This document shows positions 24,031 through 37,581 of a stretch of 40,036 bases of DNA, one piece after another. The position numbers and the translations under genes are program-made. The number at the start of each line of letters is the position of its first letter. Position 1 is the stretch's first letter. This stretch comes from Welwitschia mirabilis (lineage: Eukaryota): NCBI GenBank assembly GCA_051453625.1, contig JBOZIK010000001.1, forward strand, positions 15,779,802-15,819,837, in the 5' to 3' direction. Below the pieces are notes generated by a model. That model was not told where the DNA came from and did not search any database. It was given only the letters and a program-made list of their open reading frames with translations.

Positions 24031-27000
24031 ACTGTAAATTTTATGCCTAGATTTTTGCAAATTAAATTATCTAAGGGTAGGCACTGAAGTGAACCTTATG
24101 ATTGTGTGGTAATGAAATTCAGAAAGGACTATAAAATAATACCCAATCAACCACATGAAATGACTGCAATTCTCTATTACAATGTGGTCCTTCCTTCTTA
24201 CTATCCATAAGATGTTTAAGCAATCATGTTCTCTAGGGCTACCACGTTTCTCCTTCCTTGCCCTCACAGGTCAATAGCAGTTGATGCTGCTTTTTCCTCT
24301 AATTGCAACTTGCTAATTAACCCTTTCCTCCTCTATTCATTAGTGTTTCCTCTCAGTCATCTCTATCAGCTAGTAAAAGCTATTACCTTTCCGTGTCATC
24401 TTAATCCCCCATACAATGTTTCTTGAGCAGCAAATTCGTCCTACATTTTTTCTCTTCACCCACCTACATTACCCATCCAACATTGGATTCTAGCTTTGCT
24501 TTTCTTCTTTCTCCTACATCTAGTTTATGAAATGCACTGATCGCCCATTACTCGTTACTACGTCATCCACCCTCATCTCCACGTGTTGCATTTTCCATAG
24601 TGACTACCTATGGATCTCACAAATTTTCTTCATTGAATGCACTCTCTTTATTTCTTCTCGGCTGCCAATCCCCCCTTTTTCTTATATGTGTTAAAATGTC
24701 CTAACTTTATGCGCAGTCCTTGTAAAACCTAGATTTTCTACAACTAAAAACTTTAGACAACACTATAATACCAAAATGTAATACTCGCTTTGTAACCAAA
24801 AATTTTCTATACTATATTCGAAGATACCAAAATGTAGATCCACTTAAAAAGTTGCAAATTTATGCTATGATATAATATAAAAGAGCTAATTTAATTAAAT
24901 CATTACTAAGTGCTTCAAAAGTTATCTTAATTATTTTTGTAAGACTCGAAGATATTAAATATTTACTTAATTTATTTAGAAAGTTTTATAAAAGAAAACA
25001 ATAATGAGATCATGGAATTTTGTGTAAAGGAGTCCATTTATTTTAACAAAAAAAATATAGGGGTCAAGCTTTTTAAGATTAAATGATTAAAAGGGGGCAC
25101 CAAGAATACACAAGAGTACTATCTATAGCAATATGAGTATTTCAAAAGATATTGAGTGGACCCATAACTTATAATAGAAGAGTAATGATGGTTGATTAAA
25201 GAAATGGTGTGGGCCATGCATTAAAATGAAATTTAGCTAAAGCCAACAAAACAAATAAACTGAATCATCAAGGTGATATTAATTCAAGGCCATAACTTAG
25301 TAAATGAGGTGGCCATAAAAATTACATCTTCTTTAAATCTTTAATTGTTGAATAGCATCCTCCTTTCTTATTCTCATTTCAAGTTGGCCCACCATTACCT
25401 TAATAATCACCCTTAAGAAGCCGTAATATAAGGAGGAGTGAGCTATTAATTTAAATCAAGAAGAATTCTATTAATAATTTGAATAATTATAATAGACTTA
25501 ACCCTATTATTATATATTACATGAAAGATGATTTATAATTATGTGATTTAAAGGTCCAAAGATATTTTTATGAAGGAGTTATATTTTTATGAAGACCCTA
25601 AGCTTTTATGAAGGAGAGAGGTATATTAACACGATAATTAAAATTAATGCATCCTAAACGAGCTACAACCCGCCAAAATTTATGTGGTCTCCAAATAGAA
25701 TTTTATTTAATCAAGTGCTCCTTATTTTACTAATAAAGAAGGAGCATGCTTAATTTCTTCATGTTTTAAAAAAACAACGCAAGATTTGAAAAGCGACACA
25801 CCTATCACGTGGGATCTTGCGTAGGCCCCATTACTGTAAAGCATGTCCACTCTTGACAACCACGTGTCGCCGTCTTTTTAAGCTGCCGCCCTTAAAAAGA
25901 AACCGCAACTCCTCTCAAAGATGCACCCCCTTGTTAAAAATCATAATGGAAAAAAAGTGATGACGGTAAAAAAGTTACGTCGCGGTTTCCTCTTCCAAAT
26001 GTGGCTTCCTTCTTCTTGTAGTGGTAAAGAAAGTGGTGGCTCAATAGGGAGGTTCAAGGTTTAATTCTTAGAAAATCCTTTGTGCAAAAATGGTTTTCTT
26101 TGAATAAAACAATGCCCTTCTTATTAACTTATAAAGTAAATATAACTTCAATCATGCAGGCCCATCCTCTTAAAAATAAATATAACTTCCTCCATTTTCT
26201 AGGCCTTCTTTCAGTTCAATGCAGCCTTTATATTAGCACCAGCCCTCCACCCTATTTTTATTATTTTTAACATAGTAATATTATGCATGGCGGGGTAATA
26301 AACAAACTTTCTAACAATGGCTCTTCATATTATTCTCATGTGGCCCTCTCCTTCTTGACAGTTTCTTGTAATTTAAATGTTCCTTCTCTTTATGTTACAC
26401 AAAGTAACATGCTACAAGAAAATGATGAGGTGGTGGCTAATATAAAATTTTTACCTAATTAACCTAACATAGCCCCATAATAATTATATTAGGAGGATGA
26501 AATATTTTAAACATTTTATAATTCTATAAAATCAATGAATCATATATGTATAATTCTATTTATATTTTATCTATTTACCTAATGAATTAAACAAGTTATG
26601 TTCAAGGTTAGAATATGGAAGTTTATTAAGAAAATTTCATAAGAACAACTTATCACATTTTCTATTTCAATTTCAAGAAAGATATACATCATAAAACTAT
26701 ATACCACAATATACATAATTTGAGTTTGAAAGTACTTCTAAGGTTACAAAATAATTACAACAACTAAGATATTCAAGATCCTTGATCAAATTATAGGTTT
26801 AACACTCCAAATGTAATTTCACAACATAAACTAGAAAGAATAATCTCCACTCTATCATGCCCTCCTCAACAATTAATTTAGCTTTGAAGAAGCTCCAGTT
26901 TTTCCACTTGTTTAACATCAGAATATGGAGTGAAAACTGCGAAATCTTCACAGCTCTGAGTACAAACCAAGAAAGGCAAGATAAAAGTCAAAGCATTCTA

Positions 27001-27108
27001 AGCCTCAAGATAGATAAGACAAAACCCTAATTTTAAGTGACGAACTTATGGAAATCAAATGAGAATAATTAGTTTGTAATAAAATTCTCATATATTTTTA
27101 TTCTCCTC

Positions 27109-27355
27109 CACTGCCTCATTTAGTGATCTATGGGATTCATTGCCTCATTTGACGATCTATGGATTCTCATACTTCATTGCCTCATTCACCGAACTGTGGA
27201 GCCCACTGCCTCATTCAGTGATCTATGGATCTATCAATCCCACTGCCTCCTTTGGCGATTTGTCAGCTCTCACATTCCACTGCCTAATTTAACGATCTAT
27301 GGGTTCTTACATTTCACTGCCTCATTCGGTGATATGTGGAATTCTCATTTCCATT
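27109..27355. repeat. Minisatellite of seven units (29 or 37 bp) with a 25-bp core CACTGCCTCATTyrryGATCTATGG
   Basis: Unit starts at 27109, 27138, 27175, 27204, 27241, 27278 and 27315. Confidence 0.9.
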
Positions 27356-30035
27356 AGATGTATGATCCAAAATATCATTAAAAAAATGTAAAGTTAAGGT
27401 ACATTACTGATGCACTACCAAATGGTATGTATTTGATGGGTTGTTATGAGCTATTTTGTAGGACATGTTTAGAGGCATTTTTAGGCATGTTCTGGAGAGT
27501 TGATGGATGATCACAGAAACACGTAATTCTTGGCATGTTTAGAGGCATTTTTAGGCCTATTCTAATGCTCAATGCTTTGGAGGAAGATTACTAATGAAAA
27601 AGGTAGATTTCTCTTGATTTGAAAAGACAAAGAGGACTGTCATCCCCACTATTGTCCCCATGACAAGTAGGACAACAACCCTATACAAGCCAAAGTAGAT
27701 GCTAACATAGACTGGAGCTGGAACCAATGACGACCTCTTTTTTAAGGGTGTTGTACCCCAGGTTGTCCCCATTACATGAAGGACAAAAAATTAGAATGCA
27801 TGGACCATTGTCCCCTTAGTCATCCTTATGATAGTCAAGACGATACCTGAAATGGCTAGCTGACTTTCACCCATTTCATCCATTTCTTTCTTGGTTTTTC
27901 AATGTGTTTTGTCTAACGGTTTCTCCTTCTGTGTTGTATAAATAAAACACCCTGACCTTCCTATTCATCTTCAATGCACTGGAAATTCTCGTGACATGAG
28001 ATCAAAGGAAGTGAGATCCATCTTATGAGTTGCAGAAAGACATTTCCTTAGTGAAGAGCTATGCATCCTCCAATGAGGCTTGGCTGTTTTATAACCCAGA
28101 TGCTGGTTTGATTCTTAATATAAAACTTTATTTCTTTGTTGTGCATTTATACTATTAATTTCCTTTATTGTTTATGTTGTTTTTGGTTCAGTGACAGTCT
28201 CATTAACGATATAGATCTTAAGGGCAATCTTCGTTAAGGTTAATGAAAGTAGTTTAGAATCATTTTGCATTAGATGTATTCAACTCACATAATAGTCTAA
28301 GTTGGTCTCGGTTAATGACAATCTCTTGGCTGATTAGGTTATACAGGGCCGATCTTCCTGACAAGTTGATTTGGTAATCAGATAGATGTTCATCTAGATT
28401 AAGTCGCATTTACATTGCATTGCATATTTATTTTCCTGCATTGTTCTTAAGTTTAGGATATGATATTCTTCTATGTAAATCAATTCTCCTTCTTATCTTG
28501 CATGCCTTTAATGGGTTTATGACATTTGAATCACTCCCATCTATACTAGAGTGTTATATTTTGCAATATATCTATTTTGATTAACATGATTTAGTGAGAT
28601 GTAAGGGATTGCAAAAATGCGCACTGCAATGAGTACCAAGATCTAAATTCTTAATAAGAATAAACTTTGAATTGTTATCATAGTTAACTTCTAAAAGATT
28701 TATAAAAAAGACGATGAAACAAGTACTCATAAACTAGGACTAAAACTCAAAATCTTATAATTTATTCAGATTTCATTAAGAAACAAGCACCTAATTAAGC
28801 CTTAAAATGAATGCAAGAATAATGAACAAAACAAATATGTAAAAGTAAAGAACCATATAAAGATGCATGAATTAACTAAGACCATACAAAGATACAAAAA
28901 TAAGGACTATACAAGATTAAAAAATAAAATAGAATCATACCTTAAATTGGATGTAATATTTGTGAAATTTTGAAGACTTTAAGACTTTTAAGGATTCCTA
29001 AACTCTAATGCTTTTAAAACTCTAAGTCTTCAAGTTGCCAAGATCTGATAACAGAGGATTTCTTAAAAATATACAAATAAAAGAAGAAGGAAGTTCTATA
29101 TATAGTAAGAGAATGTAAGGATATGAAAAGACATGAGAGTATGAAGAGGCACTATTTTGAAATAGAAGATAGTAAAGATTCCATAAACCTCAATCGTTAC
29201 TTTGCTTGACCACTAGGTGCATTTAATATTTTACCATAATAGTAATTACTTATTTTGTTAAATATAATCATGATAAAAAGATGCCTACATAACTTACAAT
29301 ATTTAAGTTCTTTGACATTTTTCAACATAAGCAAAAATAAGATAAGTTAGTTACATAATAATATACTCTTTTCAGATTCCAAAATAATCATTACTATTAA
29401 CTTCATAAGCCAAGAAAGAAATGCCAGAGTATTCGGAACATGCCACTATTTTTTCCTTAATAAAAAAGAATTTAATTATAATTATTTTTATGTAAGTAAT
29501 CAAGATGATATATTTAGTAATAATGTCCAAAGAATAACATCAAGTTAAAATTTTCATCACTTCTACATATTTAGCCATTTGTAATAAATCGTTTAGTATG
29601 TAAGACATTAATTTAGACCATATTATATGTTTTAGTTTATTCAAATATTTAAATATTTCTTACACTAAGTTTTATAAACTTAAAAAAATGGGATATGATA
29701 ATCTCACTCCTCCGTTACCTTGTTGTCATGAGTATCAAAGTCAATCACATAGAGTATAGACTCAATTTGCAACTAGTTGTCTCACCAAAACCATTACCAT
29801 TTCATTCCTAAATCATTCTATAAAATGCATTTCTTGTTAACCTTGGCATCTTGCTTCCTCTCATAGTGTAATATTTCTGAATTAACAACACCCTCTATAA
29901 TTGTATTGCAGTTCCTCTTCTGCATGCTCCCTCTTCTGTGTGCACGTTGTTATTCTTCTTATGGTCTAATGTTTGAGGTGTTTCCCCCACCTTCATTTAA
30001 ATAATCCTAGTGTGGAATGATCATGAAAGTTAACA

Positions 30036-30116
30036 GGTTGGAGATAGTGGTACAATTAATTATTTCAAAATTATATAATTTAGAGGTCCCTAGTTCAAAT
30101 CCACTAGCTGACCCCC
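30036..30116 (+). mobile_element. tRNA-like relic (probable tRNA-derived SINE head)
   Basis: A-box-like TGGTACAATTAA (30048-30059) and gaggtccct-AGTTCAAATCC (B box, 30092-30102), 44 nt apart. The ends are partly complementary (tagtgg/ccacta). Confidence 0.45.
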
Positions 30117-30208
30117 TTTAAATTAATTACCTTTTCTTACATTATAAACATAAAATTTCTAACTATTAAAATATTCAATGTGTTCTATTTAATAAAACCT
30201 AACTTCAT

Positions 30209-30583
30209 TGTGACATTCATTAAAAAATTCTTTTAGCCAAGAGAACTTAAATACTTTTATACTTCCTTATTTAACACATGTACTTCTATAGATCCTGGTT
30301 GGTGTAATAAGTCATTAAATGGTAGCTATGTTGGTGATGGTTTTCCATATTATGTCATTAGTACAACATATAAACCTATAAGTTTTATGATTAATCTATT
30401 AATTAATAGTTAAGTATTATAGTGCCAAAAGTATTACACTATAAATTTGATGTGATTAAGCTAAAACACTAGATATCATACCTTTTTAACAAGGCGATAT
30501 CTATGATATTATCCTGTTAGCTAGTTAAATTCATTAAATTTGTTGGATGTCTTGAAGTGAACATTACATTTTGATATTAGAGC
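30209..30583 (+). mobile_element. Possible short LTR (30209-30568) followed by a decayed PBS
   Basis: Imperfect inverted termini tgtgacattca...tgaacattaca, then ttt and tgatattagagc (30572-30583), two transitions from TGGTATCAGAGC. Confidence 0.4.
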
Positions 30584-32873
30584 TTAGATTGTGATTAAGT
30601 AGGCAAAAATTCATGTTAAGATGATGGTTATGACCCTTAATGATTGATGTGATAATGATTAGATGATAAGAGCGATAATACATATGCTTGAGGATGTCAA
30701 ATTATATGAGAGCTAACTTCTTAAGAAGAGAAGAAATTCACTAAGATATTTAGGCTTAACAAACTCTATTGAAAATATGTAAGTACACTTCACTTAAGAG
30801 TAAGAATGTTCAAACTATAGATTACATAAGGATATCTTAAAGTGGTATTTTTAAGCTTAAGCTTATAATTCAATTAGAGCATGAGTTCTATTAGTTAAAT
30901 ACTTATAAATCATAGTTCTCTTATTATCCTGGTTAAATAAAACTAAATTATAGTAAGCATTAACGTGATCCTTCTTAAAAGAGTTGCAAATTAGGTAAAT
31001 GACTTACATTGTAGGTACAATTAACAAAGATAATCACCTAAGTAATAAGGGCTATTTATAATAAGGATAAAGATAATAATACTTAATTAAGTTAATTTAT
31101 GATATACAATTAAATTACAATCATTTTGTTTCACAAACAATGAGTGTGGTGAGTGTTTAATAACACCTTTTGATTAAAGCATGGAAGAATGCAAGTCTTG
31201 AGAGGACTCTTGAAATCAACCAATTAATGCTCTTATGATTATGCTATAAGAGCTATAATTTAGTAAAAAGTATTATAAATTAGTGGGTAGTAAATCAATT
31301 GGATTCTGCATAATCTAGGTAATGTTATGATGACATTATATTATACAAGGATTAACTCAGCTTAGTTATAAAAGTAATTGAAGGTAGACATAAAGGTCTA
31401 GATCAAATTACACAACTTGTATGACACTTTTGAATTACTTCAAGGTGCACTCATGAACACTAACTTAAAGTAATCTTACATTAAATCCAATGTTCAATTT
31501 AGACATTTGCACACCATCCTGATACAATGAGACTACTAATGCACCTCATAATCACTTAAACCAAGGGCTGTACGAAAAAGATTTGTATTTATTTTTTTTA
31601 CAGGTTGATTTCTCATATTTAACATTCTTGACTTGAAGGCAATTTAGCTTATTATTAGTCAATGTATCCCTTTTCTTCTCCATTAAAAATAAGGTATATG
31701 TTTGACAACATCCAAGACATTACAGTTAGGATTTCCAATTCTGGATTCCAATAAAAACACCCTCTTCATTAATCATGAACTACTTGTATTGCAAAACCAA
31801 AATAGAGGTCTATCGTTGTTACTTCAACTTTACCATTTTTAAATGATCTACAAAATCCTCAATCTCATCTATAGTGTGCAAATTATTTCACTCTCATTCT
31901 GTGTTGGAAAAATTTTCATTTTCAAAGCGTCCTACTTCTATGACTTCTTGAAAACACAAAGGCAATAAATTGGTTAAATCCCATCCTCTTATTTTTCTAT
32001 CATTAGCTCATGTTATGGAGTCTTTAGTTCCTTACCTATGAAAATACCCCATACAAGACCTAATAAATGCCATTCAATCGCCTTCAAAATGCCTTGCGAC
32101 ATGCTAGAGAATCATTGAAACATGATGTAGATGCATGTGTATCATGTTACAACAAAGGTTCAATGCCCTGTAAAATGCCAGCAACTGCCTTGCAAAAATT
32201 CCTTGTAAATGCCAAAAAACCACTAATAATAATATTCTAAATCACATCAAATGTTGATTAAGTTCAACGAACATCCAATAAAAATGCACTATCTTTTATC
32301 AAGACTCAAAGAAGACATTTAAAAAAACATCAACCCATAAAAATAGATTGTGTCGTCGCTGATTTCTCAAACCATTCCTAGGATTCAAATATATATATAT
32401 AATGAAGTTTGATGCAAAAGTCATTAGCATGTTACCATTATGAACATACTTTTCACCTTTGAAAAAGTACTTCTAAAGAGAGAGGGGGAAAAAAGAGACT
32501 TTTTCTGATTGCAACCTTTTAAATAATGCATTTTCGTAGTTTAGTAACTATTATTCTTGTGTAAACGTGATAGTTCTTCTTCTTGAAAATATATAAACAA
32601 ATAAAAAAAGAAAAAAATAGAGAGAGAGAAACAAGAAGAAGTTATTAGAAACCCACACTTAAAAACAAAAAGGAAATTAAAAAACCAGAGAAAACTTTGT
32701 AGTGAGCTATACTTGGGCATATGAAGCTTAGGATAACTTTACAGAAATCCTTTTTACCTTTTCCTTATGAATGTATTAAGTTTAAACAACTACTCAAAAT
32801 TGCCCAAACCCATGACTATCTCAAAATGCAAATGGCCTAAAGAAATCAAACCCTCATCCTTCTCTAGTGGTAG

Positions 32874-33207
32874 TGTTGTAACCCCATAATTTATTCCTCT
32901 TGTTTATTATCATAGTATCCATATAATTCCTGCTACTGGCCCCATAATTTGTTAAGTGGCCCCATAATCTGTTATTTTATATTATTCCCCTAAAATCCCA
33001 CATTTATTAGGATTTTTGTTGTAGAGGATCTGTGTCCTATAAATAAGTGGGTATTGTAATGCTTTAGCATCATTGAATAAAAGTGACATTGTGTGTTTGA
33101 AGGCCAGTTACCCTCGAAGTGATTATTGGAGGCTTGACCCCCTCCAAGTGGTCATCTATTTTTAACTTTTATGTCTTTTTTGCATTAATACGACTAGGGT
33201 TGTAACA
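32874..33207 (+). repeat. 5' LTR of the gypsy element (334 bp)
   Basis: Starts tgttgtaacccc, ends gggttgtaaca, followed by the tRNA-Met-type PBS. Aligns without indels to 37582-37915. Contains tataaata and three ccccataat motifs. Confidence 0.95.
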
Positions 33208-33234
33208 TTTGGTATCAAATCCATGACTCCATTG

Positions 33235-36200
33235 ATGCACACAAAAAAGACAAAGATGGATGATGAGGTAAAGGCTATATTAGAAGGACATGAGTGATAA
33301 ATTCAAGAGATGAGGTCATCCACCAATACTGCCATTGAGGACTTGAAATTAATGATTACTAGATTGAGTATTCAAATGGGTTATTTGACATCCCAGTCTA
33401 GAGAATCATCTGCCATGGTGATAAGCATGTTGCTTATAACCATCAAACAGGACCTGGATATAACACAAGAAATAGGAATACCATTCAACCTCAAATCACG
33501 CACTTGGAATTTCCACGTTTTAATGGAGAAGATCCTGATGGCTGGATTTATTGAGCTAAATAATTTTTCAAATTCAATCTTACTCTAGAACCATAAAATA
33601 TCCCTTTGGCTTCCTTTCATCTTAAGAAGAAGGCACTTCAATGGTACCAATGGCTAGAAAAATATTAGGGTGTTATCTCCTAGAAGGAATTTTTGAAAGG
33701 ATTATGCATGCACGTTGGTCCAAACATGTATGAGGACTACACTGGAGAACTTACCAAATTGTGACAAACCTCCATTATTCATGACTACCAGTCTCACTTT
33801 GAACAACTGATTAATCAAACATCAGGACTAACTAAATATTTTTTTGTGAGCTATTTCATAAGTGGGCTAAAAGATGAGTTAAAGCATAAAGTCCACATGT
33901 TCTAACCCAAGACTCTAACTTAAACCATTGGATTAGCAAGGCTTAAGGAAGAGTAGTTACTTGTCCTACACAGACAAAATAAGGTAAATCATGTTGTAAC
34001 TACTCCTGTCTCTCATAGTATTCTTGCAACTACACCAATCAAATGAATAATACCAATAGAGGCTAAGGTTAGAAAAGATAAGAGGCTATGTTATAACTAT
34101 GATGAAAAGCTTGATCCTGGCTATCGTTGCAAGACAAAACAACTATTCATTATTAAAGAAGATTGGCTTGAAGATGAATTAGAAGCAGAGTTAGATGCAA
34201 CAGAAGCACCCATGAAAGAATAACAACCAGAGATCTCTATCCATGCCATAACTGGTTCTCTATCCCCCCAGACAATAAGGGTTAAGGAAGAATTTAAGAA
34301 GCAACATGTTTGTATTCTCATCGATTTCGGTAGCACCCATAACTTCATCCATACAAACTTGGTAAAACAAATCAACTTTTAATGGACCAACGATAATTCT
34401 ATTAAGGTTATAATGGCCAATGGTGAGTGTTTACGTATCTAAGGTACATGCAATAATCTTCATTTTACTATCTAATGCTTTAATTTTACTTTAGAATTCT
34501 ATATACTTTCTCTCTGTGTATGTGATGTAGTTCTTAGGGCTTCTTGGCTTCATACTTAGGCCCTATTTTGTGGGACTTCTCTAAATTATATATGAAGTTT
34601 AAAGTTCAAGGACAATAATACGTTTTGAAGGGATCAAGAAATCCTCTTATGGAGATCATTAGTAGCCATGCCATTGAAAAAATGGTGGCTAAAGAAGACA
34701 CTACTATGTATATGGCTATATACTCCTTACAGGGAAGTGAGACAACAGAGGAATTACCAACAAACCTATAACAATTGCTCTAGTACTTTTATGATGTCTT
34801 TACCACTTCCATCGGACTTCCACCTAAGTGTTTCCATGACCATCGCGTTCTCTTACTTCCTAATAGCCACCCTCTGAATATTCGGCCATATCGGTATTTC
34901 GATATTCAGAAAATGGAGATTGACCACCAGTTCAAGGAGATGTTGGAGAGTGGTATCATCTGATCAAGTAATAGTTCCTACTCCTCTCTAGTATTGCTGG
35001 TACATAAGAGAGAAGGGTCATGGTAAATGTGCATTGACTACAAAGCACTGAACAACATTAATGGGAAGGACAAATTTCTCATTCCCATAATCAATGAGCT
35101 ATTAGATGAGTTACATGGAGCTACTTATTTCTTCAAATTAGATCTTAGATCAGATTATTATCAAGTTCATGTTTATGAAGAAGACATTCAAAAAACAATT
35201 TTTTGCATGCATGAAGAATACTATGAGTTCTTGGTTATGCCGTGTGGATTAACTAATACCCCATCCACGTTTCAAAGCCTCATGAATAGCATGTTTTGAC
35301 CTTACTTGTGGAGGTTTGTTCTAGTATCATTCGATGAAATTCTAATCTATAGCTCATCCTGGTAAGATCATCTTACTCATCTAGAGGTAATATTTGAAAT
35401 CCTTCATGATCATAAATTATTTCTCAAATGGTCGAAGTGTTGTTTTCGTCAAGTTCAAATTGAGTACCTAGGACATATCATATCTTAAGAAGGTATTGCC
35501 ACAGATCCAAAGAAGCTATCATGTATGCTAGAATGGCCCATTCCTAAGACTCTTAGAGCTCTAAGAGGATTCTTGGGATTAATAGGATATTACAAGAAAT
35601 TTGGTAAGAACTATGAGAATATTTTTTGCACCATTGACTGCTTTACTCAAAAAGAATTCCTTTGTGTGGAGTGAAGAAATTGAGGCAACCTTTAATCTCT
35701 TAAAATAAACAATGACATCTACTCCAGTTTTGGCTTTATTCAATTTCTTTAGGCCCTTTGAGATTAAGTGTGATGCTTCTGGTATAGGCATTGGAGAAGT
35801 TCTTACACAGGAAGAGAGACCTCTAGCCTTTAGAAGTAAAATTTTATCAAAAAAACACCAAGGGATTCCCACTAATGACAATATTACATGCTATACATAA
35901 GTGACAACACTATTTGATTAGACAATATTTTGTCATCTACACTGACCACCGTAGTATTAAGGATCTACAGGAGCAGAGGTTATCCACAGAGATACAATAA
36001 AAATGGACCACAAAGCTCATGGGTTATGACTATAAGATCAAGTATAAGAAAGGGTTATAAAATTGTATAGTTGATGCCCTTTCTAGGTAGATGGAAGGAG
36101 AGTTATTAGCTATTTCTTATTCACTATCCATTTGGGTGGATCACATTTGAGCAAAAACTACAAGTGATGAAGTACTGCAAGCTATCATTTAGCAACTCTT

Positions 36201-37553
36201 AACCTAATAACTTAACTTACCACACTTATAATAATGGTATTTTGAATTACAAGAATAGAGTAGTATTAGGCTCAAGATCTCAGTGGCACAATAATGTTTT
36301 ACAATTATTGCATGATTTTCCTCAAGGAGGACACTCAGGTTTCCTAAAGACTTACAAGAGGGTATCCCAAAATTTTTACTGGCAGGTATAAAGAAAGATA
36401 TTAAGCAACATGTAGCAGCCTATGACATTGGCCCAAGAATTAAGAACAAGTTTGTTGTCCCTCTCAGCCTCCTCTAGTCTCTACCCATTCCAGAGGGGAT
36501 ATGGACTGATATTTTCATGGACTTCATTAAGGGATTACTGCATTCCAATAGAAAGAATGTTATAATGGTAGTGATTAACTGGCTCTCTAAGTATGCCCAT
36601 TTCATTCTTGTTGCTCATCCCTTTACTATTTCTTTGATTGTCCAACTATTTATGAAGAATGTATTTAAGTTGCATGGTATGCCTAACTCCATTATCAGTG
36701 ATAGAGATAAGGTATTTATAGCATTTTTTTTGGGCAAGAATTATTCCATTTACAGGGAACTGAGCTATGTATGAGTTCATCTTATCATCCCTAAACTAAT
36801 GGCTAGACTAAGATGGTTGAGCATTGTGTTAAGATGTATCTTCGATGCTTCACTAGTCAAAAAATTAAGGCATGGAATAAATGGCTTCCATGGGCTGAAT
36901 GGTGATATAACAACACCTTCCATTGCTCAAGAAAAATGACTCCTTATGAGGTTCTCTGAGGCTAACCACCATCTACAGTGCTCTCTTACATTCTAAGCTC
37001 TACTAATATTGATCAGGTTGACATGGAACTAAGGAATTGAGACCAAGTGCTTTACTTACTCAAAGAGAACTTACAAGCTACTCAAGCTAGAATGAAGTTT
37101 TAGAAAGATAAATATAGAATAAAGTGATCTTTTAAATTTTGAAATATGGTTTATTTGTAGTTACAACCATATCGACAAGCTACAATAGCTTTTCATAGTA
37201 ATATGAAGCTCTCCCCTTGTTTTTATGGCCCTTATAAAATTCTTGAAAAGATTAGATTAGTTACTTATAGATTTGATTTCCCTATTAGATCAAGGGTTCA
37301 TCTTGTCTTCAACATATCTAATTTAAAGAAAAAGATTGGTTTTAGAACAATAGTTTCTATTTATTTGCCCAAGTTCTCTGAAGATGGTCAACTTCAAATG
37401 CACCCTATTACCATCCTGGATAGAAAGATGGTGAAGAAACATAATTAAGTAGTAATAATGGTACTAGTGCAATGGTCAAACTATTCTTCTAAAAAAGCCA
37501 CATAGGAATACCTTTACAAGATGAAGGAAAGGTTTCTAGATTTTCAACCTTGA
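33235..37553 (+). pseudogene. Disrupted gag-pol polyprotein of the gypsy element
   Basis: gag LEFPRFNGEDPDGW (~33504); protease ILIDFGSTHNFI (~34314); [11 protein letters not shown]...[19 protein letters not shown]...[17 protein letters not shown] (35027-35299) and FDEILIYS; RNase [14 protein letters not shown] (35712-35900); integrase GHSG and MDFIKGL...SKYAHF...HGMPNSIISDRDKVF (36330-36774); GPY/F motif FYGPYKI (~37225); chromodomain ILDRK...VLVQWSN...KAT*E (37410-37550). Confidence 0.93.
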
Positions 37554-37581
37554 GGACAAGGTTATTTTCTAGGGGGTGGAA

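Noticed and set aside
26226..26446. Short inverted repeat (tttatattagc...cctc / gagg...gctaatataaa) as MITE ends
   Set aside because: Only ~11 bp perfect, AT-rich, does not extend, and no TSD.
27109..27355. CRISPR-like repeat-spacer appearance
   Set aside because: Linkers are only 4 or 12 nt and related to each other, cores are degenerate, there are no cas genes, and the context is eukaryotic.
33310..33588. 92-aa ORF as an independent gene
   Set aside because: A frameshifted piece of the gypsy gag region; same for the other short ORFs inside 33235-37553.
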